From assembly GCF_963921235.1 (NCBI RefSeq), contig NC_086104.1, positions 4,216,001-4,280,000 of the forward strand: DNA of 64,000 bases, written 5' to 3'. A program made the translations under genes and the position numbers. Positions within the stretch are counted from its first letter, which is position 1. Each line of letters begins with the position of its first letter. Below the pieces are notes generated by a model, which was not told where the DNA came from, did not search any database, and saw nothing but the letters and a program-made list of their open reading frames with translations. This document shows positions 35,897-48,833 of this stretch, piece after piece. Source of the DNA: Mobula hypostoma. Lineage: Eukaryota.

Positions 35897-38800
35897 AGGG
35901 TAAAGATGGCGCCGGTAACTGGCAACTCTGCGCGTGCTCTCCCAAGCAAGCTGCTCTCTACACTATCCTATACCCGAGAAACCCTTCTAAACCTCCAATT
36001 TGCTATATCTAGCAAGATCAACAGCACCCTGGCGAAACTACTGACCCACCTGGAGATCACCACGCCAAAATTGCTTCCTCAACTCCAGACCACACCTGGA
36101 CCCGACCAGCGAGGCCCACCACGTTCCCGGAGACCCGCGGCTTGCTACCGTGCCGGAGCGCTTGGAGACGCGGCCCATTCCGACCAGCACCTCTCCGGAG
36201 CAGACGACCACACAGAAGTGACGGCCGAGACCTCAAGGTGCGCCCAGACGCTTCCCCAGAGTGACCACTGTCAAGCCCCATTGGTGGCCATCCACAGCTG
36301 CCGGAAGTGATGCCTCCGCCTCCGACCTCAGAAGTCGAGCCTGAGAGCTCAGGTGGATTGGAGGCCTCCGCAACCAGGACTCAGCTCACTGACTTGTTTC
36401 AGCCAGGAGCCCAGCCCTCCGGGATTAACTGTCGGCTTCGGGGCCCGACCCAATCAACAGCCTAGGCCCCCAGCAGCTGGAAGTGGCAGCGGAGCCTCCC
36501 CTGTCACTCAGCCCGACCTGGAGAGCATGACGACGCAACCCGCCGATTGATCCCCGCAGGACGCGTCCACCAACCTCAAAGAGCTGACAACAACACACTG
36601 CATCGATGGAGACCTGGAAAGATGCACTATTTACAGAGGAAGCGTGGGAAAAGAGCTGGACTGCTGGTCAGATTGAAGCTGAGGGACTTCAGGGTCTCTG
36701 TGCCCACCATCCTACTAGCTAATGTGCAAGCCATAGAGTACAAGGTGGATGATCTTAAAGGGAGACTCACCTAGTGCAGGGAGATGCAGAACTGCTGTGT
36801 ATTCTGTTTCACCGAGACCTGGCTCTCCCCTGCCACCCCTAACTGTGCCATCCGACCGGAGGGATTTTCAATCTATCGGATGGACCGCAAGGCGTCTTCG
36901 GGCAAGACGAGGGGAGGTGGTGTCTTCCTACTGATCAACACTGTGTGGTGCTCGGACGCAACGGCACTGCCAAGCTCCTGCAGCCCGGACCTGGAACACC
37001 TGTTGGTGAAGTGTCGTCCCTACTATCTGCCATGGGAATTCACCTTGGTCATACTGACAGCGGTCTACATTCCCCCCCAGGCGGACGTGGAGTGTGCTCT
37101 GAACATACTGTATGCCAACATCAGTGAACTTGAGACCAGGTATCCGGAGGCTTTGCTCATTACATCCGGGGACTTTAACCAGGCCAACCTCAGAAAGGCG
37201 CTGCCAAAGTTATACCAACATGTCTCCTGCCCCACTAGAGGCCCGAATATACTTGACCACTGCTACACAGCAGTCAAGGATGCCTACCGTTCCGTCCCAC
37301 GGCCTCACTTCGGAAAATCGGACCATCAGGCCGAAGTGGGAGGTCACGGTGTCAAAAGTAGAGTCGCGTCGGACGGAGGAAATGGATGAGGTCCTCCGTG
37401 ACTGCTTTGAATCGGTGGACTGGTTAGTATTCAAGGACTCAGCAGCTAACCTTGATGAGTATGCCTCAGCTGTCACGGACTTTATTTGGAAATGCACAGA
37501 GGACTGTGTGTCTTGCAAGACGATCCAGGTATTCCCTAACCGGAAACCTTGGATGAATTATGAGGTCAAGTCCATTTACAAGGCTAGAGCTGTGGCCTTT
37601 AGGTCTGGAGATACCAGTCGCTACATGGAATCCAGGCGTGAACTCTGGAAAGCCATTAAGGGCACCAAGAGGCAATATCGAGCCAAGTTGGAAGCCCAGG
37701 CTAACCAAAGGGATGCCAGTAGACTATGGCAAGGTCTAAATGAGATCACTGGGGGCAAAGAAAAAGCTGGGAATATGAATAACTGTGACGCTTCTCTTCC
37801 TGACGAACTTAACATATTCTACGGAAGATTCGAACAGAAGAGGAGCGTCCCACTCCCTCCGGATGAACCGGACCTGGTGGCATTGAGATTCATCGTCACC
37901 GAGGAGGACGTTAGAAGGGCCTCCCTGAAGATAAATCCAAGGAAGGCGATGGGCCCAGATGGCGTCCCAGGACGGGTTCTCCGGGCCTGTGCAAGCGAGC
38001 TAGCTGGAGTGTTTGCTGACATCTTCAACTGCTCCTTGCTTCAGTCTAAGATCCCCTCGTGTTTTAAGAAGGCAACAATAATCCCGGTGCCAAAGAAGAG
38101 CAAGGTGGCATGCCTGAATGACTATCGACCTGTGGCTCTGACATCAATTGCTATGAAGTGCTTCGAGAGATTGGTTATGGCACACATCAACCACAGCCTA
38201 CCAGTCAACCTCGACACTTTGCAATTCGCCTACCGGAGCAACAGGTCAATGGCAGATGCCATCTCTCTGGACCTACATTCCTCCTTTGAACACCTGGAGA
38301 ATAAAGACGCATATGTAAGTCTTCTTTTCATTGACTACAGCTCTGCCTTTAATACCATCATTCCAGATAAACTGATTCCTAAGCTCTGGAACCTGGGCCT
38401 TAGCACTCAGATCTGCAGCTGGATCTTCAACTTCCTCACAGGCAGGACCCAGGCTGTAAAAACAGGGGACAAGCTCTCCTCTACAATCACTGTGAGCACC
38501 GGTGCCCCACAAGGCTGTGTACTCAGCTGTACTTACTGCACACTCATGATTGTGCAGCCAAGTTTCTATCGAACTCAATATGTAAGTTTGCTGATGACAC
38601 GACAATTGTAGGCCGTATCTCGGGTAATGATGAGTTTGAGTACAGAGAGGAAATTAAGAACCTGGATGGTAAAGATTTCAGCAAAACAAAGGAATTGGTT
38701 GTTGACTTCAGAAGGAGTAGCGGACCACACGACCCAATTTACATCGGTGGTGCGCAAGTGGAACAGGTCAAAAGCTTTAAGTTCCTCGGGGTCAGTATCA

Positions 38801-39471
38801 CAAATGACCTGACTTGGTCCAACCAAGCAGAGTCCACTGCCAAGAAGGCCCACCAGCACCTTTACTTCCTGAGAAAGCTAAAGAAATTTGGCCTATACCC
38901 CTAAAACCCTCACTAATTTTTATGGATGCACCGTAGAAAGCATTATTCTAGGGTGCATCACAACCTGGTATGGAAGTTGTCCTGTCCAAGACTGGAAGAA
39001 GCTGCAGAAGATCATGAACACTGCGCAGCACATCACACAAACCAATCTTCCGTCCTTGGATTCACTTTACAGTGCACGCTGTCGGAGCAGTGCTGCCAGG
39101 ATAATCAAGGACATGACCCACCCAGCCAACACACTTTTTGTCCCTCTTCCCTCCGGGAGAAGGTTCAGGAGCTTGAAGACTCGTACGGCCAGATTTGGGA
39201 ACAGCTTCTTTCCAACTGTGATAAGACTGCTGAACGAATCCTGACCCGGATCTGCGCCGTACCCTCCAAATATCCGGACCTGCCTCTCGTTTCTTTTTGC
39301 ACTACCTTACTTTCCCTTTTCAATTTTTTATTTATGATTTATAATTTAAATTTTTAATATTTACTATCGATTTGTGATCCAGGGAGCATGAAGCGCAGAA
39401 TCAAATATCGCTGTGATGATTGTATGCTCTAGTATCAATTTTTTGGCAACAATAAAGTAAAGTAAAGTAAG
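35897..39471 (+). mobile_element. Full-length Rex1/Babar LINE, disrupted
   Basis: APE (LLANVQAIEYKVDDL, CCVFCFTETWL, DFNQANL) and RT (GPDGVPGRVL, LDTLQFAYRSNRSMADAISL, IDYSSAFNT, TGAPQGCVLS). (AAAGT)n tail. 6-bp TSD GTCACT (35891-35896 / 39472-39477) inside an older CR1. Confidence 0.9.
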
Positions 39472-40890
39472 GTCACTCCACTCTTCAAGAAGGGACAGAG
39501 GCAGAAGAAAGGAAATTATAGGCCGTAAGTTTGACCTCAGTGGCTGGGAAGATGTTGGATTCGATATTTAAGGATGTAGTTTCAGGGCATTTGGAGACAC
39601 ATGATAAAATAGGCAAAAGTCAGCATAGTTTCCTGAGGGACAATCTTCCCTGAGAAATCTGTTGGAATTCTTTGAAGGAAAAACAAGCAGGATGGACAAA
39701 GGAGAATCGGTGGATGTTGTGTACGTAGATTTTCGAGGCTTTGACAAGCTGCCACACATGAAGATGCTTAACAAGTTAAGAGCCCATGATATTACAGGAA
39801 AGATACTAGCATGGATAGAGTATTGGCAGGAGGAAAAGATTGGGAATATAGGGAGCCTTTTCTGGTTGGCTGCATTGATTAGTGATGTTCCACAGTGGTC
39901 TGTGTTGGGACCAATCCTTTTTATGTTAAATGCCAATGACATGGAAGATGGAATTGATGGCTTTGTGGCAAAGGTTGCAGACAGTATGAAGGTAAACGGA
40001 GAGGTGGGTAGTTTTAAGGAAGAAGAGAGGCTACAGAAGGACTTGGGCAGATTAAGAGAATGGGAAAAGAAGTGACAGATGAAATACAGTGTCAGAAAGT
40101 GTATGATCATACACTTTGGTGGAAGAAATAAAAGGGTAGACTATTTTCTAAATGGAGAGAAAATTCAAAATCTGAGGTGAAAAGGGACTTGGGAGTCCTC
40201 ATGCAGGATTCCCTAAAGGCTAATTTGCAAGGTGAGTTGCTGATGAGGAAGGCCAAGGGAATGTTAGCATTCATTTAAAGAGGACCAGAGTATAACAGCA
40301 AGGATGTAATATTGAGGATTTATAAAGCACTGGTGAGGCCTCATGGAGTATTGTGAGCAGTTTTGGACCCCTTATTTAAGACAGGATGTGTTGATATTGG
40401 AGAGACTTCAAAGGAGATTCATGAAAATGATTCTGGAATTGAATAGCTTGTCATTGAAGAATGTTTGATGTCTCTGTCCCTGTATTCACTAGAATTCAGT
40501 GGTGACTTCACTGAAATCTATTGAAATTTGAAAGACCACAAAAGAGTAGATGTGGAGAGGGTGTTTCTTCTAGTGTGAGAGTCTAAGATCAGAGGACACA
40601 GCCTCAGAATAGAGGGGCGTCCTTTCGGAATGGAGGTGTGGAGGAATTTCTTTAGCCAGAGGATGGTGAATCTGTGGAATTCGTTGCCACCGGCAGCTGT
40701 GGAGGCTGTCTTTATGTGTATTTATGGCAGAGGTTGATAGATTTTTGATTAGTCAGGGCATGAATGTATAAAGCGAGAAGGCAAGAGATTTGGGCTGAGA
40801 GGAAAATAGATCAGCCATGTTTATATGCTGGAGTAGACCCAATGGGCCAAATGGCCTAATTCTGGTCCTATATCTGATGGTTTTATAGTC
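39472..40890 (+). mobile_element. Degenerate CR1 RT/3' UTR
   Basis: VDVVYVDF, SVLGPILF and FVAKVAD motifs with many stops. Confidence 0.75.
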
Positions 40891-40914
40891 TTAATTGTGC
40901 ATCAAGTTACAGTT

Positions 40915-41225
40915 GTTGTCATGTGGCCAAGTAGTTAAGACGTCGGTCTAGTGATCTGAAGGTCACTAGTTCGAGCCTCAGCTGAGGCAGCGTGTTGCCT
41001 CCTTGAGCAAGGCACTTAACCACACATTGCTCTGCGACAACACCAGTGCCAAGCTGTATGGGTCCTAATGCCCTTCCCTTGGACAACATCGGTGGCGTGG
41101 AGAGGGGAGACCTGCAGCATGGGCAACTGCTGGTCTTCCATACAACCTTACCCAGGCCTGTACCCTGGAAATCTTCCAAGGCGCAAATCCATGGTCTCAT
41201 GAGACTAACGGATGCCGAAAAAAGA
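40915..41225 (+). mobile_element. tRNA-derived SINE, second copy
   Basis: TGGCCAAGTAG...AGTTCGAGCC head, TCCTTGAGCAAGGCACTTAACC body, GAGACTAACGGATGCC tail followed by an A-run. Confidence 0.85.
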
Positions 41226-42439
41226 AGTTACAATAAATCAGATTCAGAATCAAGTTTAATATTACTGACATACGTTGTGAAATTTGTTGTTATGTGGCGG
41301 CAGTATATTGCAATGTATAATTTTTAAAACTATGAATTACTGTAAGAAGTATATATATTTTAGAAATTAAGTTAAGCAGTGCAAAAAGAGAAAGAAACAG
41401 TAGTAAGATCGTGTTCATGGGTTCAATGTCCATTCAGAAATTGGATGGCAGAGGGGAGAAGCTGTTTCTGAATCACTGAGTGTGTGCGTTCAGGCTCCTG
41501 TACCCATCCTTGATGGGAGCAATGAGAAGAGGGCTTGTCCTAGCAGATGTAGGACCTTCATGATGGATTCCACCTTGTATTCACATCGCTCACTGAAGAT
41601 GTGCTGGATGCCACAGAGGCTAGTGCCCAGCATCCGGGACAAAGCTTTGCTCTGCATATCTTCCAGAGAGATCTTTCCAAACACGAGCACATCAAGAAAA
41701 TGCAACAATTGCATTGCAGAAAGTAGCATCAAAGTTACAGAGAAAATTCAAGTTTCAAAGTTCAAACTGAGGTTTATTATCAGAGTGCATAGACATCAGC
41801 ACGTACAACCCTGAGATTATTTTTCTGTGGACATACTTAGCAAATCTATAGAACATTTACTGTAAACAGGATCAACAGACAACGAACTGTGCAAATGCAA
41901 GTATAAATAAATAGCAATAAATAATCAGCATGAAATAACAAACAAAGAGTCCTTAAATGAGTATAGTTATCCCCCGAGGAAGTAGAGACGCTAGTGTGCT
42001 TCCTTTGCAATTATATTTATGTGGTGTTTCCAGGATAGTTCTTCTGAGATAGTGACACACTGGAATTTAAATTTACTTCACCTCTGATCCTCCAATGATT
42101 ACTGGCTTGTGGACCACTGGTTTCCCTTGCCAGAAGTCTACAATCAGTTCCTTGGTGTTATTGACATTGATTGAGAAGTGCAGGGTGGGTAGACATTAAT
42201 GTGACATTAGAGTGAGAGATCAGGGGTTCATCTTTATTATACAAGAGGTCCATTCAAGAATTTTATCATAGAATAGAAATTGTACTGCATAGTTTCTTTT
42301 TATCCCTAATAAATATTTTCCCATAGGAATTGGGGAGAGCATAAATATGTTCAGGGTAGGAGGGGTTTTTGATTATGTTGTCTGCTTTCCCGAGGCATTG
42401 AGAAGTGTATGGAGGAAGGGTGGATTTTGCCATGAACTG

Positions 42440-44225
42440 GGTTGTGTTTACAACTCTGCAATTTTAATGCAGTCTTGGGCAGAGCAGTTGCCATATGAGT
42501 CTGCGATGCATCGAGATCACATCAGGAAGGGGTCAATAACTCTACTGGGTGTTTTTTATAGGCTGCCCAATAGTAACAGGGATATCGAGGAGCAGATAGG
42601 GAGACAGATCCTGGAAAGGTGTAATAATATCAGAGTTGTCGTGGTGGGAGATTTTAATTTCCCAAATATCGGTTGGCATGCCCCTAGAGCGAGGGGTTTA
42701 GATGGGATGGAGTTTGTTAGATGTGTTCAGGAAGGTTTCTTGACACAGTATGTAGATAAGCCTACAAGAGGAGAGACTGTACTTGATATGGTATTGGGAA
42801 ATGAAGCTGGTCAGGTGTTAGATCTCTCAGTCGTAGAGCATTTTGGAGATAGTGATGATAATTCTATCTCCTTTACAATAGCATTGGAGAGAGACAGGAA
42901 CAGACAAGGTAGAAAAGCAATTAATTGGAGTAAGGGGAATTATGAGGCCATCAGTCAGGAACTTGGAAGCTTAAATTGGGAACAGATGTTCTCGGGGAAA
43001 GGTACGGAAGAAATGTGGCAAATGTTCTGGGGATATTTGTTTGGAGTTCTGCATAGGTACATTCCAATTAGACAGGGAAATTTTAGTAGGGTACAGGGAC
43101 CATGGTGTACAAATGCTGTAGTAAATCTTGTCAAGAAGATAAGAAAAGCTTACGAAAGGTTCAGAGAGTTAAGTAATGTTAGAGATCTAGAAGATTATAA
43201 GGCTAACAGGAAGGAGTTTAAGAAGGAAATCAGGAGAGCCAGAAGGGGCCATAAGAAGGCCTTGGCGGGCAGGATTAAGGAAAACCTCAAGGCATTCTAC
43301 AAATATGTGAAGAGCAAGAGGATAAGACATGAAAGAATAGGACCTATCAAGTGTGACAGTGGGAAAGTGTGTATAGAACCGGAGGAAATAGCAGAGGTAC
43401 TTAATGAATACTTTACTTCAGTATTCACTATGGAAAAAGATCTTGGTGATTGTAGTGATGACTTACAGCAGACTGAAATGTTTGAGCATGTAGATATTAA
43501 GAAAGAGGATGTGCTGGAGCTTTTGAAAAGCATCAAGTTGGATAAGTCACTGAGACCGGATGAGATGTATCCCAAGCTACAATAGGAGGTAATGGAGGAG
43601 ATTGCTGAGCTTCCGGAGATGATCCTTGCATCATCAATGGGGACAGGAGAGGTTCCAGAGGATTGGAGGGTTGCAGATGTTGTTCCTTTATTCAAGAAAG
43701 GGAGTAGAGTTAGTCCAGGAAATTATAGACCAGTGAGTCTTACCTCAGTGGTTGGTAAGTTGATGGAGAAGATACTGAGAGGCAGGATTTATGAACATTT
43801 GGAGAGGTATAATATGACTAGGAATAGTGAGCATGACTTTTTCATGGGCAGGTCGTGCCTTATGAGCCTGTTTGAATTTTTTGAGGATGTGACTAAACAC
43901 ATTGATGAAGGAAGAGCAGTAGATGTAGTGTATATAGATTTCAGCAAGGCATTTGATAAGGTACCCCATGCAAGGCTTATTGAGAAAGTAAGGAGGCATG
44001 GGATCCAAGGGGACATTGCTTTGTGGATCCAGAACTGGCTTGCCCACAGAAGGCAAAGAGTGGTTGTAGATGGGTCATATTCTGCATGGAGGTCGGTGAC
44101 CAGTGGAGTGCCTCAGGGATCTGTTCTGGGACCCTTACTCTTCATGATCTTTATAAATGACCTGGATGAGGAAGTGGAGTGATGGGTTAGTAAGTTTTCT
44201 GATGACACAAAGGTTGGGAGTGTTG
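42440..44225 (+). mobile_element. CR1 ORF2 fragment (APE to RT)
   Basis: [47 protein letters not shown]. Confidence 0.88.
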
Positions 44226-44229
44226 GAGG

Positions 44230-44520
44230 CTGCATCGTAGCTGTCCAGATATGCAAGTCAGGGCAGGTCAATATGGAAAGCACGCTGTTGTCGATGCAGT
44301 GGGCTCCCCCTTTCCATGCATCTGATGAACTCAAAGGACCGGCAGAAATCAATGCAGTTTGACACCAGCAGCATTGCAGGAGTTGCCTGTCAGCATTGAA
44401 CTCAACATAGGATTACCTTTGGGAATCCAGCTCCGTATTTTTCCTCCAAGGATTACTCCCTGCACTGATAATGGTTGACAAGACCCATCTGCCCGATGCA
44501 ACTGGTTTTAAGATGCTAGT
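44230..44520 (+). repeat. Interspersed repeat; inverted copy at ~60590-60830
   Basis: The reverse complement of 44255-44435 matches 60590-60780 (GTTGAGTTCAA-GCTGAC...GGTGTCAAACTG...GAGTTCATC). Class not certain. Confidence 0.6.
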
Positions 44521-44769
44521 AGTCCACGTGGGCCTTTTCTCCTGTTAGTAGAAATGTTTCCTCTGGGCTTAGTTGCTAAATCACACATGAAGGACAAGAG
44601 CTGGACTTGGTTGCCAGAGGCTAAATGAGGCGAATGCCATTGGAAGCATCTAATAGGTAGTGGGAGCTTGCCCCCATTATTACCCTCGGCTATTGCAACG
44701 TTAAGGAAATATTGATGGTAAAAAGGAACTTTCTGTATTTGGGTAACAGGGGCAATGTAATTTTCAGTT

Positions 44770-46407
44770 TTGCTGGAGAGACTGAAGGTGCTGTCTTTAA
44801 ATGTGCCTGGCATTCTGAGTACAGTGAACAAACTCATGGCACAATTAGAGATTGGTCGGTATGACGTTCTGGGCATCACTGAGTCGTGGCTGAAAGAAGG
44901 CCATTAATTGAGAGCTTAACATCAAAGGATATACTTTGTATTGAAAGGATAGGCAGACAGTGGTATGGATCTGTTGGTAAGAGATGAAATTACATCTTTG
45001 GAAACAGGTGACATAGCATCAAAAATATTGAATCTTTATGGGTGGAATTAAGAAACCACATGGGTGAAAAAAAGCATGGTAGGAATAATATATAGGCCTC
45101 CAAACAGTAGCCGAGATGTGGGGTTGATATTTTAAAGCAAGCTGTAAAAGACATGTAATAAGGGTAATGACACAATTGTAATGGAGGACTTCAATATGAA
45201 AGTAGAATGGGGAAATCAGGTTGGTGTCGGATTGCAAGAGAGAGAAGTTGTTGAATGCTGACGAGATGGCTTTTTGGAGCTTCTTGTGGTTGAGCCTACT
45301 CTGGGAAAGACAATCTTAGATTGGAAGTTGTGTAATAACCCAGATCTTATTAGGGAACTAAATGTAAAGGAACGCTTAGGAGGGAGTGATTATAATATGA
45401 CAGAATTCATACTGCAGTTTAAGAAGGAGAAGCATAGGTCCCATGTATCAGTATTGCAGTGAAATAAAGGGAATTACAGAGGCTTGAGAGAAGAGCTTGC
45501 TCACGTGGATTGGAGGAGGATACTGCCGGGGATGATGGCAAAACACAGATGGCTGAAGTTTCTGGGGATAGTTCACAAGGCGCAGAATAGATATGTACCA
45601 CAGAGGAAGAAGTTCTCAAATGGCAGGGGTAGGCAACTATGACTGGCAAGGGAAGTTAAGGACCGCATAAAAGCCAAGGAAAAGGCATATAAGTAGCAAA
45701 AGTGAGTGAGAAGTTGGATAATTGGGAAGCTTTTGAAAATCCAACAAAAGGCATCTAAAAAAGCTATTAAGAAGGGAAAAGATAAAATATGAGGGCAAAT
45801 TAGCCAATAATATAAAGAAGGACACTAAATGTTTTTCAGTTATATAAAGAATAAAAGGGAGGTGAGAGTTGATATTGGATCACTGAGAATTGATGTTGGT
45901 GAGGTTGTAATGGGGGACAAAGAAATTGCAGATGGACTTAATGGGTGCATTGCATCTGCCTTCACTGTGGAAGACACTACCTGTGTGCCAGATGTCTATG
46001 AGAGTCAGGGAGCAGGAGTGAGTGCCATTGCTATTAGAAAGGAAAAAGTGCTAGGCAAATTCAGAGGTCTTAAGGTGGATAAGCCATCTGGACCAGATGG
46101 TTACATCCCAGAGTCCTGAAAGAGGATGCTGCAGAGATAGCTCTTAAAGATAGCGGAGTGAAGGGATATGGGGAGAAGGCAGGAAAAAGGTACAGATTGT
46201 GGATGATCAGCCATGATCACAGTGAATGGTGGTGCTGGCTCGAAGGGCTGAATGGCCTACTGCTGCACCTATTGTCTATTGTTTATAATGGGTGCATTGG
46301 TCATGATCTTTCAAGCATCACTTGGTTCTGGCATGGTCCTGGTGGACTGAAAGATTGCAAATTCTTCTCCACTCTGGAAGAAGGGAGGAAGGCAAAACAA
46401 AGGAAAT
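44770..46407 (+). mobile_element. Degenerate CR1 APE-linker, cut off by the duplicated segment
   Basis: CR1 ORF2 remnants that end abruptly at ...GGCAAAACAAAGGAAAT|. Confidence 0.75.
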
Positions 46408-48833
46408 AATCACTTCTTTTGATATTTACTAATGAGAGACTTTTTGCATTCTCAAGTTCATGCATTTCCTAAAAGCCCAGATAAAAATTTACATGATATC
46501 GTTTTTAATTTGAAACCCTTCCAACATGCATCTATTTCTAATATTTATACTATGTTGTTGGGAATGAGAAATATTTCTTCAGATAAAATTAAAAATCTTT
46601 GGGAACAAAATTTACAGATTTCAATTTCCGAGGACACTTGGAATGAAATATTTTAATTAGTTAATACTTCTTCATTATGTGTCCATCATTCCCTTCTACA
46701 ATTTAAAGTGGTTCATAGAGTCCATGTGTCTAAAGATAAGCTGTCTCGATTTTATTCAGATATATCTTCCTTTTGTGATAGATGTAATATTGGAGAAGCT
46801 TCATTAATCCATATGTTTTGGACTTGTCCGAATCTTAAAAAATATTGGAAGGAAGTATTTCAAACTTTTTCGGTGCTTTTTAAAGTAGATTTTAAACCTA
46901 ATACTTTGACGGCCTTATTTGATATTGTTGGAGGAAATGATATTATTTTGGAGACACATGATCTGCACATTTTGGCCTTTATTTCTCTTACAGCCAGGAG
47001 GGCGTTGATGCTTAAATGGAAGGATGTCACTCCACCTACTCATACTCATTGGTTACATGATGCTATGTCTTGCTTTAATTTAGAGAAGAGTCACTGTTCG
47101 ATTTCCGAACCTAGGCAAGATTTTTTTTGACATTTTGGGGACCTTTTTTGAATTATTTCCATAATCTTTGACTGTTATTAAGCACGGATATTGGCAAATA
47201 GTATGTTCTACTATATGTTATGGATCTTTTCCTTTTTTTTAAGCAAACAGCTGTTTTTTCTGGTAGTGGGTTTGAATTTTTTTTGTAATAATATAATTAT
47301 CTCTTTTCAATATTATGTTTGAACTTAATTTTATATGGATATGGGGTAATTACACCTTATCTGTGATTTCATTATATTATAATCAATATATATATTATAA
47401 ATTCTACTGTACTCTATATTCTTTTATGTAAGAAATTAATAAAAATATTGGAAAAGAAAGAAAGAATGTACACTCCGAGCATAGACTGGGGACATTTGCA
47501 ACAGAGACTCAGTACATTTACTGAGAATAGAAGGCAGTCTCGCTTCCAGGCACTGATGTCAAAACACTGCTGTTTAGCCTTCATTACATGACACAGTCCT
47601 TCTGTCACAACGTGCACTGGCAATATCAGAATCCAAGTGTAGAGGAAAGAGAGACACTAATGTAGAGACAGTGACCATAGTTTACTCACAATAATTCCAA
47701 AGAAACATCAGAGCTCGGCTGAACAACACAGTGAGAAGTGACATTCTCAAAACCAGGACCATGCAATCAGCACTAATCAGGCATCCACTTAAATCATAAA
47801 AGTAATACAGAATCTCCGAGCTGATCTAAATAAACTTAACAAGTAAAAAAAAAGAAAGCACCAGGAAAACGCATTACAAAGAGTGAGTTGCTTGAGGTAA
47901 ACACAAGGAACTCTATATTTTTAATTATTCTCATTAAGCAACAACTAATCAAACTCAGGAACTTGGAAAACCTCAGAGTCCAACTCTGGCACACTGCACG
48001 TGCTCAGAGAACTCATTACAGCAGACCACATTGGAGCTCGAAAAACCTGCGAGCCCAACACTCTCTGGTGCATCACACAGTGCACAGGCCCAGAGAACTC
48101 ATTTACAGCACAACAGATTGGAGCTTAAATCTAATCACTTTCACCCGGTCCTCTTTGACCTACATTGGCTCCCCCCACCAATTTAAAATTCTTAATGTTG
48201 TGCTGGCTTCATCCCTCCTTGTATTGACCAACGGTCTGAGAAATAGTTTCATATTCTCATAAGACCATAAGACCAAGGAATAGAATTATGCCATTTGGCC
48301 CATTGAGTTTGCTCCAACATTCCATCATGACTGATTTTTTATCCCGATAATTCCATTCTCCTTGTAATCTTTGATGCTATTACTAATCAGCAACCTATCA
48401 ACCTCCACTTCTAATACCCCAATGTCTTGGTCTCCACAGTCGCCTATGGCAATGAATTCCACAGATTCACCATCCTCTAGCTAAAGAAATTCCTCCTCAT
48501 CTCTGTTCAAAATGGATGAGGCTGTGCCCTCTGGTCCTGGACTCCACCATTACAGGAAGCATCCTCTCCACATCCACTTTATCCAGACCTTTCAATATTC
48601 GATAGGTTTCAATGAGATATCTCCCTCATTTGTCTAAGTTCCAGTGAGTAAAGGCACAGAAACATCAAATGCTCCTCATACATTAATCCTTTCATTCCTG
48701 AGATCATTCTTGTGAATCTCCTCTGGACTTCCTCCAATGCCAGAACATTCTTTATTAGACAGGGGTCCAAAAACTGCTCACAATATTCCAAGTGTGGTCT
48801 GACCAGTGCCCCATAAAGCATCAGCATTGTATC
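46408..48833 (+). repeat. Segmental duplication, copy 1 (matches 61575-64000)
   Basis: L1 3' fragment, unique sequence and minus-strand CR1 repeated at a constant offset of 15167 bp (ORF pairs 46432/61599, 46708/61875, 47888/63055). Scattered substitutions only. Confidence 0.95.

Noticed and set aside
44320-44360. CTGATGA...GAAA as another hammerhead
   Set aside because: No stem II pairing and no proper stem III/cleavage triplet.
47888-48262. 124-aa ORF conserved at 63055-63429 as a gene
   Set aside because: Conservation reflects the recent duplication. It has a TTG start, no recognisable domain and no splice support.
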